From the NCBI GenBank assembly GCA_947623595.1, contig CANQHC010000005.1:1910-65909 (forward strand): a stretch of DNA of 64,000 bases, given 5' to 3'. The notes beneath the pieces were generated by a model. It was not told where the DNA came from and did not search any database. It saw nothing but the letters and a program-made list of their open reading frames with translations. The DNA is from an uncultured Clostridia bacterium. GTDB taxonomy: Bacteria; Bacillota; Clostridia; TANB77; CAG-508. The translations under genes were made by a program, and so were the position numbers. This document shows, in pieces, positions 50,342 through 60,223 of the stretch (the first letter of the stretch is position 1; every line of letters begins with the position of its first letter).

Positions 50342-51070
50342 ATGAGAAAAAAGCAAATAGCAATTACATTGGGAGTAATGTGTTTTGCATTAACACTTTC
50401 AGTTGCAATTCAGCTGAAAACAGTACAAAATAGTAATTCAACTGTTTCTCAGTCTCTAGCAGAAGATAGGCTAAGAGATGAAGTGTTAAGATGGAAAGAA
50501 AAGTATGATAATGTCTATGGAGAGTTGACAAGAACAACACAATCTTTGGAGGAAACACGAAAAGATGTTACTCAAGATGATACTACAGCAATGGCAAAAC
50601 AAGAAGAAATTTCTAAAAATAATATGTTACTAGGAATGGTTGAAGTACATGGACCTGGATTTGAAATTACTCTTACAGATAATGTTACTGGACTTAATTC
50701 AGATGGAAAGGAAGTTCTAGATTTAAGTAGCCAGGTAGTGCATTATCAAGATATAATGGAAATTATAAATGCACTAAATAATGCTGGAGCAGAAGCAATT
50801 TCAGTAAATGGACAAAGATTAGTTCAAACAACGGCGATTACTTGTGAAGGTAATGTCATTAAAATGAATGGTCAAAGAATCAGTTCACCATTCTATATAA
50901 AAGCAATTGGATCACCAGGTTTATTATCAGGTTCACTTACCATGCCAGGGGGATATCTATACTGGATGGAAGAAAATGGGGTAAAAGTGGAAACAAAACA
51001 ATCTGATAATGTGACAATAGAAAAATATAATGGTGTAATTAATTACAAATATATTAAAAACACAAAATAA
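50342..51070 (+). CDS. DUF881 (YlxW/YlxX-type) division-cluster protein
   Basis: N-terminal TM, coiled coil, VHGPGFEITLTD, DIMEIINALNNAGAEAISVNGQRLV, RISSPFYIKAIG. Confidence 0.65.
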   Translation: MRKKQIAITLGVMCFALTLSVAIQLKTVQNSNSTVSQSLAEDRLRDEVLRWKEKYDNVYGELTRTTQSLEETRKDVTQDDTTAMAKQEEISKNNMLLGMVEVHGPGFEITLTDNVTGLNSDGKEVLDLSSQVVHYQDIMEIINALNNAGAEAISVNGQRLVQTTAITCEGNVIKMNGQRISSPFYIKAIGSPGLLSGSLTMPGGYLYWMEENGVKVETKQSDNVTIEKYNGVINYKYIKNTK

Positions 51071-51114
51071 TATAATTTTACATTTTTATTTTTGAAATCG
51101 AGGTGAATAGTATT

Positions 51115-51834
51115 TTGAAAAAAGAGCAAAAAAATGAAGTGATTATGACAGTTATTATAGGTTTAATGTGCATCGTTTTATTTGCAGTTATGTTTATGCA
51201 ATTTAAGACAATCGAGGAAACGGATATAACTGCTATTGAAAATATGAGAGAGACAGAACTAAGAACTGCTATTGCAGAATGGAAAGGAAAATATGAAGAA
51301 GCATCAGAACAATTAGAAGAAAATAAGAAAACAATTAAAGAATATAATGAAAAAATAGCAAAAAATGAAGAAACCTCTGAACTAATAGATAAAGACTTAG
51401 ATGAATCAAACATGAAATTAGGAAAGACTGATGTATATGGAGAAGGAATTACAATTACAATAAATGGAACTGAGGAAGTACCAGTTGTATCATCTGATTT
51501 AATAGAATTAATTAATGAATTAAGATATGCAGGGGCAGAAGCAATTTCTATTAATGATATACGTATTTATAGTGCAAGTTATGTTACACAACCAGAAGAA
51601 GGGCTAACCCTTATTAATGGGCAAAGAGCAACTGCACCTTTTGTAATAAAGGCGATTGGAAATCCTACATATTTATCTAGTACCTTAAGTTTGAAAGATA
51701 GTGGTTATATAGATAAATATAGAGCTTATGGTTTAATAATTAGTGAATTGCAAACTAAGAAAAATATTGAAATATTAAAAAATAATAATGATAGAGAAAT
51801 AAAATATATGAAGGAAGGGGAGTCTGAAGGATGA
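51115..51834 (+). CDS. DUF881 (YlxW/YlxX-type) division-cluster protein, second paralogue
   Basis: VYGEGITITING; DLIELINELRYAGAEAISINDIRI; RATAPFVIKAIG. TTG 51115 is 9 nt after AGGTG; the track ORF starts at GTG 51103. Confidence 0.65.
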   Translation: MKKEQKNEVIMTVIIGLMCIVLFAVMFMQFKTIEETDITAIENMRETELRTAIAEWKGKYEEASEQLEENKKTIKEYNEKIAKNEETSELIDKDLDESNMKLGKTDVYGEGITITINGTEEVPVVSSDLIELINELRYAGAEAISINDIRIYSASYVTQPEEGLTLINGQRATAPFVIKAIGNPTYLSSTLSLKDSGYIDKYRAYGLIISELQTKKNIEILKNNNDREIKYMKEGESEG

Positions 51835-52220
51835 TATTTATTGCAATTGTAATTGGATGTATATTAGGAGCTGTTATAGGAATATATGCTCCAATGGTTC
51901 CATATACATATTCTGGTTATTTAGCTATTGCTATTATAGCAGCATTAGATTCTGTATTTGGTGGGATTGCAGCAACTTTAAATAAAAATTTTGACTTAAA
52001 AATTTTTGTAACAGGCTTTTTTGGGAATGCAATTTTATCTATATTACTTACATATTTAGGACAAAAATTAAATGTGGATATTTATTTAGCTGCAATTGTA
52101 GTATTTGTTGGTAGAATGTTTAATAATTTAGCAATTATTAGACGCTACTATTTAAAGAAGTGGACAAGTAGTCAAAACAAAAAAGAAGAAAATACTACAG
52201 AACAAGCAAAAAAAGCATAA
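51831..52220 (+). CDS. sbp: Small basic protein Sbp (DUF1290)
   Basis: Overlaps the previous stop (ATGA). SGYLAIAIIAALDSVFGGI...FVTGFFGNAILSILLTYLG..L.VDIYLAAIVVFVGRMFNNLAIIRR matches my recollection of B. subtilis Sbp. Confidence 0.6.
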   Translation: MIFIAIVIGCILGAVIGIYAPMVPYTYSGYLAIAIIAALDSVFGGIAATLNKNFDLKIFVTGFFGNAILSILLTYLGQKLNVDIYLAAIVVFVGRMFNNLAIIRRYYLKKWTSSQNKKEENTTEQAKKA

Positions 52221-52295
52221 AAAAGATAGGAAATTTGAAAGAAATAAAATAAATAAAAGCGCCTGAATGGCTAGATACAACAATGTTTCAACAAT

Positions 52296-52328
52296 ATTAC
52301 AAAATTATTACAAAATTATTACAAATCT
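52296..52328 (+). repeat. Three tandem 11-bp units (ATTACAAAATT x2, ATTACAAATCT) immediately upstream of a TTGACT box before ftsA
   Basis: Read directly. Confidence 0.8.
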
Positions 52329-52451
52329 ATTGACTTTTTTTTCAAAATGTAATATTCTTAAGCCATCAATAAGCTAGTTATTTTAATTCTAGTAAAATGT
52401 AATTTACATACGACAAACGATATTAAGACAAGCAAAATGGAGGAATGAGCT

Positions 52452-53681
52452 TTGGCGATTGGAGATATAATTGTAGGAATTGACATTGGAACTTCCAAGG
52501 TTAGTTTAGTAATCGGAGAAGTAAATAACTTTAATCAAATTGAAGTCATCTGCACTGCTAGTCATAAATGTAATGGAATTCAAAGAGGAAAAATAATAGA
52601 TGAAAATGAAATAGCTAGATTGATTCATCATTCTATTAAAGAAGCAGAGACAGAAGCAAATTTAAAAATTAATTCTGCATATGTAACTATTCCAGGAAAA
52701 TATGTTACTATTGTACAAAATAGCGTATTAAAGGAAGCAAAAGACAAATATGCAGGAATTTCAGCAAAAGATGTTACCTCTGCTATTATGCAAGTAAAAG
52801 ATATAGATGTACCTGAAGAAAAGCAAATTATTGATATTGTAGAAGATCAATTTATATTGGAGAATGGCAAGATTGTAACAGATCCAATAGGAAATTTATG
52901 TGGAAGTTTTACATTAAAAGCACAAGTTTTACTAGCAGATAAGGGATATATGAGGCAAATAGCATCTATTTTTAGAAAAGCAGACTTAGACGTAGACGGA
53001 TTAGTACCAATAACATTAGCTCAAAGGAGCATTGCTTTAGATAGTAACGAACTAAATGATAATGTTATGCTATTAGATATTGGCGCAGGTAATACAGATG
53101 TTGGTGTGTTTGAAGGAACAAACTTCGTTTATACCAATACAATTTCTCTAGGAGGGGATAATATCACAAATGATATTGCTCTTGTTCTAAACATATCTGA
53201 AGAGGAAGCTGAAAAATTAAAAAAACAATACGGGTTAGCTTTAAAATCATTTATTGATAATGACAATGAAATTCTACTTACAACTTGCAAAGAAGATAAT
53301 GGTAAGAAAGTAATTCGTAGTTCACAATTAATTGAAATAATAGAAGCTAGAATAGAAGAAATCTTTTCACTTATTAATAAAGACATTACGATGCAAGGAA
53401 TAAAATCTAGAATAAATAATGTAATATTAACAGGACAAGGAATTACTAACATAAATAAAAGTGATGTTGCAGGAAAAATTATTTTAAATATTCCGGTCAA
53501 AATAGCAACAGGAAGACTTATCAGTGTAGTAAGGCCAGAATATAGAACTGCATATAGTCTAGTTCGATATATTGCATCTAGACCTTTTGCAAAAACTGTA
53601 GGAAGTAATATAGACTCAGATTCAAAAGAAAGTTTCTTTCAAAATATACTTGAAAGAATTAAAGAATTCTTTTATTCATGA
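52452..53681 (+). CDS. ftsA: Cell division protein FtsA
   Basis: TTG start behind GGAGGAATGAG. IVGIDIGTSKV; LLDIGAGNTDVGVF; LGGDNITNDIA; actin-like fold pattern. Confidence 0.9.
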   Translation: MAIGDIIVGIDIGTSKVSLVIGEVNNFNQIEVICTASHKCNGIQRGKIIDENEIARLIHHSIKEAETEANLKINSAYVTIPGKYVTIVQNSVLKEAKDKYAGISAKDVTSAIMQVKDIDVPEEKQIIDIVEDQFILENGKIVTDPIGNLCGSFTLKAQVLLADKGYMRQIASIFRKADLDVDGLVPITLAQRSIALDSNELNDNVMLLDIGAGNTDVGVFEGTNFVYTNTISLGGDNITNDIALVLNISEEEAEKLKKQYGLALKSFIDNDNEILLTTCKEDNGKKVIRSSQLIEIIEARIEEIFSLINKDITMQGIKSRINNVILTGQGITNINKSDVAGKIILNIPVKIATGRLISVVRPEYRTAYSLVRYIASRPFAKTVGSNIDSDSKESFFQNILERIKEFFYS

Positions 53682-53746
53682 TTTTAATTTTTTAATATAA
53701 TAAGGTAAGGAAATACCGGAAGAAAGGAAGTAGGAGGATAAGCATT

Positions 53747-54874
53747 ATGATAGTGGATAATAGTATGGAAGAAAATGCAATAATAGATGGAACAGCTACA
53801 ATTAAAGTAATTGGAGTAGGTGGTGCAGGAAACAATGCTGTAAACAGAATGGTAGAGTCAGGAATAAAAAATGTAGAATTCATTGCTGTAAATACAGACA
53901 GACAGGCTCTAGTACTTTCAAAAGCAGCATCTAAAATACAAATAGGAGAAAAAATAACAAGAGGCTTAGGAGCTGGAGCAAATCCTGATATTGGAGCTCA
54001 GGCAGCCGAAGAAAGTAAAACAGAAATTGCAGAAGCACTTAGAGGAGCTGACATGGTATTTGTTACTGCTGGAATGGGTGGAGGAACTGGAACTGGTGCA
54101 GCACCAATAGTAGCAGCTGCAGCAAAAGAAATGGGAATTCTAACCATAGGTGTAGTAACTAAACCATTTACATTTGAAGGTAAAAAAAGATTATCACAAG
54201 CAGACCGTGGTATTGAAAGCTTAAAAGGAAAAGTTGATACTTTAGTAGTAATTCCAAACGATAAATTATTACAAATTATAGATCGCAAAACATCCATTGT
54301 AGAAGCTTTTAAAATGGCAGATGATGTATTGAGACAAGGTGTACAAGGAATATCAGACTTAATTGCAATACCTGGTTTAGTAAACTTAGATTTTGCTGAT
54401 GTAAAAACAATTATGCTAAATACAGGAATGGCACATATGGGTATTGGTAGAGCATCTGGTGAAAATAGAGCAGAAGATGCAGCAAAACAAGCTATACTAA
54501 GTCCACTATTAGAAACTTCTATAGAAGGTGCAAGAGGAGTAATTATTAATATTACAGGAGGACGTAATTTAGGATTACATGAAGTTAATACAGCAGCTGA
54601 ATTAGTACAAAGAAGTGTGGATCCAGAAGCAAATATTATCTTTGGTGCAGTAATAGATGAAAGCCTAGAAGAAGATCTTATCATTACAGTTATTGCTACA
54701 GGCTTTGAAAAAGAAGAAGGAACTTTATCTGGAAATATTCCAGTAGGAGACATTATAGACAAGGCTTGGGACAAAAAGTTAAATTCTATACCAACTTCAA
54801 CAGATAGTTCAAATTCTTCTGATAATTTAGAAATTCCAACTTTCTTAAGAAAGAGCAAAGGCTTGAATAAATAA
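53747..54874 (+). CDS. ftsZ: Cell division GTPase FtsZ
   Basis: [28 protein letters not shown]; tubulin signature [12 protein letters not shown]; [13 protein letters not shown]; C-terminal LEIPTFLRK peptide. Confidence 0.95.
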   Translation: MIVDNSMEENAIIDGTATIKVIGVGGAGNNAVNRMVESGIKNVEFIAVNTDRQALVLSKAASKIQIGEKITRGLGAGANPDIGAQAAEESKTEIAEALRGADMVFVTAGMGGGTGTGAAPIVAAAAKEMGILTIGVVTKPFTFEGKKRLSQADRGIESLKGKVDTLVVIPNDKLLQIIDRKTSIVEAFKMADDVLRQGVQGISDLIAIPGLVNLDFADVKTIMLNTGMAHMGIGRASGENRAEDAAKQAILSPLLETSIEGARGVIINITGGRNLGLHEVNTAAELVQRSVDPEANIIFGAVIDESLEEDLIITVIATGFEKEEGTLSGNIPVGDIIDKAWDKKLNSIPTSTDSSNSSDNLEIPTFLRKSKGLNK

Positions 54875-54887
54875 GACAAGAGAGTTT

Positions 54888-54940
54888 GTAAAGAGGTTAA
54901 CTCTAAAAGAAATTTTAGGGTTGACCTCTTTACATTTTAC
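54888..54940 (+). terminator. Rho-independent terminator of ftsZ
   Basis: GTAAAGAGGTTAAC (54888-54901) / GTTGACCTCTTTAC (54920-54933), followed by ATTTT. Confidence 0.7.
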
Positions 54941-55132
54941 ATATTTTTAGGCTGAATATGTGAAGTAGAATTAATTTAGTTAACTTCATTCAATATTCAG
55001 TCTTTTTTTGTTATAGTTTGCATCATAATGTAGATAATTTCTTAAATTCGCATACATAAAATGACAGACTTTTTAAAAATAAAATAGTATGCTTAGTATA
55101 CATAGTTGCAAAGAAAGGAAGAGCCAAAAAGT

Positions 55133-56062
55133 ATGACAATTTATTTAGATGTTGTATTGTTAGAAAATTTGTGCATGAATTATATTATTTTATTTGCAAC
55201 AGGATATATATTAAAAATAAAATTGAAGCAATTAAGGATAATAATATCTAGTTTGTTAGGAGGAATTTATGCTGTTGTTTTTTATTTAGAAATTTTACCA
55301 ATTTATTCTAATTTTATAATGAAAATATTACTTTCAGTAGGAATGGTTTATATTGCGTTTTCAGCCAAAAAGGTTAAGCAATTATTAAAACAATTAGTAT
55401 TATTTTATTTGACATCATTTGTATTTGGAGGATGTGCATTTTTTCTACTTTATTTTGTCAAACCACAGAATATCTTAATACAAAATGGAGTTTATATAGG
55501 AACATATCCATTAAAGATAGCATTACTAGGAGGAATTGTTGGATTTATTATTACATATATTGCTTTTCAAATAGTAAAAACAAAACTCAAGAAAAAAGAC
55601 ATGATCCATAATATAACAGTAAAAATAGAAGGGAAAATTTTAAATTTGAAAGCAATGTTAGATACAGGAAACCTTTTGAAAGAACCAATCACAGGAATGC
55701 CGGTAGTAGTGGTAGAAAAAGAGCAACTTTATTCTATAATACCAATTAATTTATTAGATCACATAGAAGAACTGATAGGAGGTGAGAATGTTAATTTAAT
55801 TGACCAAGTAGAAAAGGGATATCTTACAAAATTTAGGGTAATTCCTTTTTCGTCAATTGGCAAGCAGAATGGGCTCATGTTAGGATTGAAGGCAGATGAA
55901 ATTATAATAGAAAAGGAAGAAGAAAAATATAGTAGAACAGATATAATAATAGGGATTTTCCCTCAGAAATTAAGCAAAAACAATACTTATACTGCTTTAA
56001 TTGGACTGGACCTGTTAGAAAGGAGCAAAACAGATGAATTTATTACAAATCTTAAAGTCTAG
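55133..56062 (+). CDS. spoIIGA: Sigma-E processing aspartic protease SpoIIGA
   Basis: ATG 55133 behind [27 protein letters not shown]; five TM helices; [21 protein letters not shown]. Confidence 0.85.
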   Translation: MTIYLDVVLLENLCMNYIILFATGYILKIKLKQLRIIISSLLGGIYAVVFYLEILPIYSNFIMKILLSVGMVYIAFSAKKVKQLLKQLVLFYLTSFVFGGCAFFLLYFVKPQNILIQNGVYIGTYPLKIALLGGIVGFIITYIAFQIVKTKLKKKDMIHNITVKIEGKILNLKAMLDTGNLLKEPITGMPVVVVEKEQLYSIIPINLLDHIEELIGGENVNLIDQVEKGYLTKFRVIPFSSIGKQNGLMLGLKADEIIIEKEEEKYSRTDIIIGIFPQKLSKNNTYTALIGLDLLERSKTDEFITNLKV

Positions 56063-56765
56063 TATAAATACTTTATATGTAAGATATATTGGAAATGATG
56101 AAATTGAAAATCTTCCCATTTATTATATAGGAGGTAGCCAAACATTACCTCCACCACTAACAAATGAAGAAGAAAATAAGATTCTAGAAAAATTGTCAAA
56201 TGGGGATAAAAGTGTTAGGCAAACTTTAGTAGAACATAATTTAAGACTAGTAGTATATATTGCAAAAAAATTTGAAAATACAGGAGTAGGAATAGAAGAC
56301 CTAATTTCTATAGGGACGATAGGGCTGATGAAAGCAATTAACACTTTTAATACTGACAAGAAAATTAAGCTTGCAACATATGCTTCACGTTGCATAGAAA
56401 ATGAAATTTTAATGTTTTTAAGAAGAAGTAATCGTGTCAAAGGTGAAATTTCTATAGATGAACCATTAAATCAAGATGGTGATGGGAATGAATTGCTACT
56501 GTCAGATATTTTAGGAACTGATCCAGACATTACTTCTAGGAGAATAGAAGATGAAGTTGATAAAACCTTACTTAGATCTTCCATTGAAAAGCTAAATAAT
56601 AGAGAAAGAAATATAATGGAACTTCGATTTGGATTCATAAGTGGAAGTGAAAAAACTCAAAAAGAAGTGGCAGACATGTTGGGAATTTCACAAAGTTATA
56701 TATCGAGATTAGAAAAAAAGATTATTAATAAAATGAAAAAAGAAATCATGAGCAAAACTGGCTAA
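56034..56765 (+). CDS. sigE: Sporulation sigma factor E (pro-sigma-E)
   Basis: Overlaps the spoIIGA 3' end. [14 protein letters not shown] pro-sequence junction; [39 protein letters not shown]; [22 protein letters not shown]. Confidence 0.92.
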   Translation: MNLLQILKSSINTLYVRYIGNDEIENLPIYYIGGSQTLPPPLTNEEENKILEKLSNGDKSVRQTLVEHNLRLVVYIAKKFENTGVGIEDLISIGTIGLMKAINTFNTDKKIKLATYASRCIENEILMFLRRSNRVKGEISIDEPLNQDGDGNELLLSDILGTDPDITSRRIEDEVDKTLLRSSIEKLNNRERNIMELRFGFISGSEKTQKEVADMLGISQSYISRLEKKIINKMKKEIMSKTG

Positions 56766-56800
56766 CAATGTCGAATTTTGAAGTACGATAATCGAATAGT

Positions 56801-56861
56801 AAAAGCTCCTTTTGGAAATAATGAAATAAGAAATTCATTTATTTCTCAAAGGAGCTTTTTT
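56801..56861 (+). terminator. Long imperfect hairpin plus T-run between sigE and sigG
   Basis: AAAAGCTCCTTTTG (56801-56814) / CAAAGGAGCTTTT (56847-56859), with an inner GAAATAATGAA / TTCATTTATTTC stem, followed by TTTTTT. Confidence 0.6.
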
Positions 56862-56902
56862 GTAGCAACTTTGAGAGAAGCAAGAAAGGAATGAACTTTA
56901 TT

Positions 56903-57673
56903 ATGAACAAAGTTGAAATTTCAGGGGTTAATACATCAAAATTGCCATTACTTTCTGCGGAAGAAAAAAACATATTAATGCAAAAAGTAAAAAAAGGAGA
57001 CGAAGTTGCAAGACAGGAATTTATAAATGGAAACTTAAGATTAGTACTTAGCATTATAAAAAGATTTAGTGGAAAAGGAGAAAATTTAGATGATTTATTT
57101 CAAGTAGGATGTGTGGGGCTTATAAAAGCAATTGATAATTTTGATATAAATCAAAATGTTCAATTTTCCACTTATGCTGTACCAATGATAATTGGGGAAA
57201 TAAGAAGATATTTAAGAGATAATAATACTATTCGAGTAAGCAGATCAGTGCGAGATCTAGCATATAGAGTTTTAGGAGTGAAAGAAAGAATTAGTAAGGA
57301 AGAACAAAGAGAAGCAACAATAGAAGAAATTGCAAAAGAATTAAATGTCGATAAAGAGGATATCATAATGAGCCTAGATGCTATTCAAGAACCAATTTCT
57401 TTACAAGAACCAGCATATAGCGAAAATACAGAAAATATTTGTATTATGGATCAAGTAAGTGACAAGAAAAATACAGATGATTTATGGGCACAAAATATAA
57501 CAATTGCAGAAGCCATGAAACGATTAAATGAAAAAGAAAAGATGATTATAAATAAAAGATTTTTTGAAGGAAGGACACAAATGGAAGTGGCAGAAGAAAT
57601 AGGAATTTCTCAAGCTCAAGTTTCAAGGCTAGAAAGAACAGCGATTAGCCATATTAGAAGAATTTATAAATAA
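56903..57673 (+). CDS. sigG: Sporulation sigma factor G
   Basis: MNKVEISGVNTSKLPLL; GNLRLVLSIIKRFSGKGENLDDLFQVGCVGLIKAIDNFD; YAVPMIIGEIRRYLRDN; TQMEVAEEIGISQAQVSRLE. Confidence 0.92.
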   Translation: MNKVEISGVNTSKLPLLSAEEKNILMQKVKKGDEVARQEFINGNLRLVLSIIKRFSGKGENLDDLFQVGCVGLIKAIDNFDINQNVQFSTYAVPMIIGEIRRYLRDNNTIRVSRSVRDLAYRVLGVKERISKEEQREATIEEIAKELNVDKEDIIMSLDAIQEPISLQEPAYSENTENICIMDQVSDKKNTDDLWAQNITIAEAMKRLNEKEKMIINKRFFEGRTQMEVAEEIGISQAQVSRLERTAISHIRRIYK

Positions 57674-57884
57674 GTGACATGCTACAATTATTATAATAAA
57701 TTGAAAAGGAATGTAAAGGCGTCAAGTGAAAAGCTAAATGCAATTCTGTATATGTAAAGGAACAACTAATTAAAACAAAAACTTTTATATTTGAATTTTC
57801 TATGATAGAATGTAATACAAAAAGTAAAATTAATATTATTTTAGAGGAAGAGAAAAATATATTCTACTATAAATAAGAAAAAGA

Positions 57885-59405
57885 ATGGAAAATAAAATGA
57901 GTGAATTATTTGATATTGAGAGATTTAATATAATAAGTGACAATGAAAACTATTATTTTTTCAGAGCACTTAATAGGGCAGATAACAAAGATCTACAAGA
58001 AGGAATAATAACAGATGAAAGCGGAAAATATATAAAAATTAGAACTGACAGAGAAAGAACCGAGGAATTATTAGGTGGCAGAAAAACAAAATATTCAAAA
58101 GATGAACCTTTAACACTTGAACAAATATATGATCATATAAAAATAAATTATAGCAAAGAAACTAATTGCATTTCTTTATCAAGTAATGCAAATGTATCTA
58201 TTTTATATGGGCGAGGTAGCTATACAGATAAATATATTATGGTAATTGTACCTAAAGATGAAATGGGAAAAAGTGTTGTATTTGCAGGGCAATATATGTT
58301 GCAGGAAATAAAGAAAAAAATCGATGAGACAGTTCAATCTTATCAGATAGATGAAAAAGTTAGAAAAACATTAGAAAAGATTGATAGTGCAAAAAATTCA
58401 GCAGAAATAAAGCAATTTATAAAAGCAAGATATACAGCAAAAAAATCAGCAGAAACAAAACAAATTATAAAATCAAGAGATATGGCCAAAAAATCAGCAG
58501 AAATAAAACAAATTATAAAAGCAAGGCATACGGCCAAAAAATCAGGCATAAAAAAAGATATTAGAGCGCCAGAAGCTAGAATAAGTGATTATCAATCTCT
58601 AAGTGAAGAACAATCATTACAAAAGAATAAGATAATAGGAAAACTTACTTTACTAGAAAAAATAGGACTTATGAAACCAATTATTCCAAATACAATAAAC
58701 AATAATTTATTAGTGCAGACAATAGGAAGTGCTTTTGCTTCTTGTGAAGAAATTCACTATGGAGAAATTAAAGGAGAAAGAATAGTAGAAGTGCAAAAGG
58801 AAATTATGGATATGTTTGCACTTATACAACAACTTGAAAATCAAGATGAACAAATTATGCAAGAACTAAAAGAAGAAATAGTAAATTTTATAAAACATGG
58901 AAGAAAAATAGAAATAGATCTTACAGAAATATTAAATAAAGATATTAGCGTGATGGATGAACTAAATATAGACAAAATATATGATTTAGTACAGGGAAAG
59001 CTGGAATATGAAAAAGCAAAAACTATGTTTTTGAAAATTTTTTATTTAACAAAGTCACAAGTCATAGCAAAACAATTGGCTATAAATTTAAAGCAAATTG
59101 TAGGAGAAAATCCTAAATATCAAAATATAATAGAAGAAATTGCTCAAAATGGTTTTGGAATAACCAAATATGGTACAGCAAAACAAAATATAACAAATAT
59201 AAAAAATCATAAAGGAATTAAACTAAGTGAATCTGTTAATTTAGAATTAAATGATGATGAAATCGACTTAGTAGAAATTATCAAAGGATTATCCAAAGAA
59301 CAACAAAAAGAAATATTGAGTAATGGAGTTAACTCATGTGTAGCCAAAACAATCATAGATCCTATAACTAATAACAGAAGAGAAAAAAAGAAGGACTTAG
59401 ACTAA
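57885..59405 (+). CDS. Hypothetical 506-aa protein with three 16-aa tandem repeats
   Basis: Long ORF with weak RBS context. Repeats (K)KSAEIKQFIKARYTA / KKSAETKQIIKSRDMA / KKSAEIKQIIKARHTA. No domain recognised with confidence. Confidence 0.4.
   Translation: MENKMSELFDIERFNIISDNENYYFFRALNRADNKDLQEGIITDESGKYIKIRTDRERTEELLGGRKTKYSKDEPLTLEQIYDHIKINYSKETNCISLSSNANVSILYGRGSYTDKYIMVIVPKDEMGKSVVFAGQYMLQEIKKKIDETVQSYQIDEKVRKTLEKIDSAKNSAEIKQFIKARYTAKKSAETKQIIKSRDMAKKSAEIKQIIKARHTAKKSGIKKDIRAPEARISDYQSLSEEQSLQKNKIIGKLTLLEKIGLMKPIIPNTINNNLLVQTIGSAFASCEEIHYGEIKGERIVEVQKEIMDMFALIQQLENQDEQIMQELKEEIVNFIKHGRKIEIDLTEILNKDISVMDELNIDKIYDLVQGKLEYEKAKTMFLKIFYLTKSQVIAKQLAINLKQIVGENPKYQNIIEEIAQNGFGITKYGTAKQNITNIKNHKGIKLSESVNLELNDDEIDLVEIIKGLSKEQQKEILSNGVNSCVAKTIIDPITNNRREKKKDLD
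58391..58534 (+). repeat. 3 x 48-bp in-frame tandem repeat
   Basis: aaaaaatcagcagaaa(t/c)aaa(g/a)caa(t/a)ttataaaa(g/t)caag... repeated head-to-tail, read directly. Confidence 0.85.
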
Positions 59406-59461
59406 TACCATAAATAAAAAGAGTGTATAAAATGTATTGCCACAAAAAAATGTTATCAAAA

Positions 59462-59491
59462 AAAGTTGCTGTTACCAAAGCAACTTTTTTT
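59462..59491 (+). terminator. Rho-independent terminator after the 57885 gene
   Basis: AAAGTTGCT (59462-59470) / AGCAACTTT (59479-59487), followed by TTTT. Confidence 0.7.
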
Positions 59492-59606
59492 AATCTCTAC
59501 ATATAATAAATAAGAATATTTTTTATATCTTACTCTCTTAAGATTAAAGGAATATTGATATGAAAGGAGGAGATGTTAGCTTTTCAAGCTAACATGAATA
59601 GATAAT

Positions 59607-59944
59607 ATGGGGCAGAAAGGAATGGATTTTAAACATAAAGAAGTTATAAATATAAAAGACGGAAAAAGACTTCGGATATGTTCAAGATGTTTGTGCAGAT
59701 TTAGAAAGTGGAACTATAACATCTATAATGGTTGCAAGAAAGAGAATAGATGTGATAGGTTCGAGTTTATTAGAAAAATAAGAAGAAGCGGGTATGTAAC
59801 AAGAAGTGGAGAAAAAAGGACAGGCTATGTGGTGAAGATATTATTTTCCTAAGAAAAATAGTAAATGGAGGAACAGACGAAAGTTATGGTATACATGATA
59901 AAATGGTTACTATTCACAGTCATAAAATGTTACAAAATTATTAA
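59607..59944 (+). pseudogene. YmxH/YlmC-like PRC-barrel sporulation protein gene, disrupted by at least two frame changes
   Basis: MDFKHKEVINIKDGKRL, break at CGG 59673, then GYVQDVCADLESGTITSIMV...LLE. A second shift is needed within the A5 run at 59774-59778, giving ...KKWRKKDRLCGEDIIFLRKI.... This matches the family pattern KEVIN..DG.RLG...D...D...G.I.S..V...W..I..IG.D.I. The reconstruction is uncertain. Confidence 0.45.
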
Positions 59945-60223
59945 ATTTATATTATAAATTAGTTATTTTTGTTGACCAAAGTGAAAATATTATCTAAAAT
60001 AAATTTAAACTAATTTTTAATTTGAACAAAAGAATAAAATTTGGAGGCAAGCAAATTATAGCAAACATTAGAGGCTATGCACACACAATATATATTAAAA
60101 GAAAAAGGTAATATAAGAACACAAAGGACTTATACTTTTTAAAGTATGAGAAATAATGTGTGCCTTTTGTTATACAATTTATCTTTGGTAATATATAAAT
60201 AAAATAAAGAAGGAGAGAAACAT

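Noticed and set aside
53998-54879. 293-aa minus-strand ORF covering most of ftsZ
   Set aside because: It lies antisense to an unmistakable ftsZ and its product is low-complexity (A/S/P/I-rich). It is an accidental open frame; the G/A-rich ftsZ codons leave the opposite strand free of stops.
57885-58330. ADP-ribosyltransferase-like toxin domain at the N-terminus of the 57885 product (YFFRAL ... ISLSSN ... LQEI read as R-S-E motifs)
   Set aside because: The motif spacing and the missing clear [QE]xE make this pattern-matching too weak. No adjacent antitoxin or immunity candidate is present.
58391-58534. Possible CRISPR-like array (also considered for 3451-3522 and 22110-22307)
   Set aside because: The repeats are directly abutting with no spacers, are in frame within long ORFs, and encode repeated peptides. 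No cas genes are present in the window.
59750-59770. tRNA T-arm-like GGTTCGAG, and a general search for tRNA/rRNA
   Set aside because: There is no acceptor or anticodon-stem context around it, and it lies inside the ymxH-like coding remnant. I found no other GGTTCGA/GGTTCAA T-loop signatures with cloverleaf context and no rRNA-like conserved blocks.
59789-59791. A ninth CGG-type frameshift site (AAG-C-GGG) in the ymxH-like gene
   Set aside because: In the best reconstruction the family-typical W...GEDIIFL segment is in the frame where this CGG is a normal in-frame Arg codon. The second shift is better placed in the A5 run at 59774-59778, so this site is not counted.
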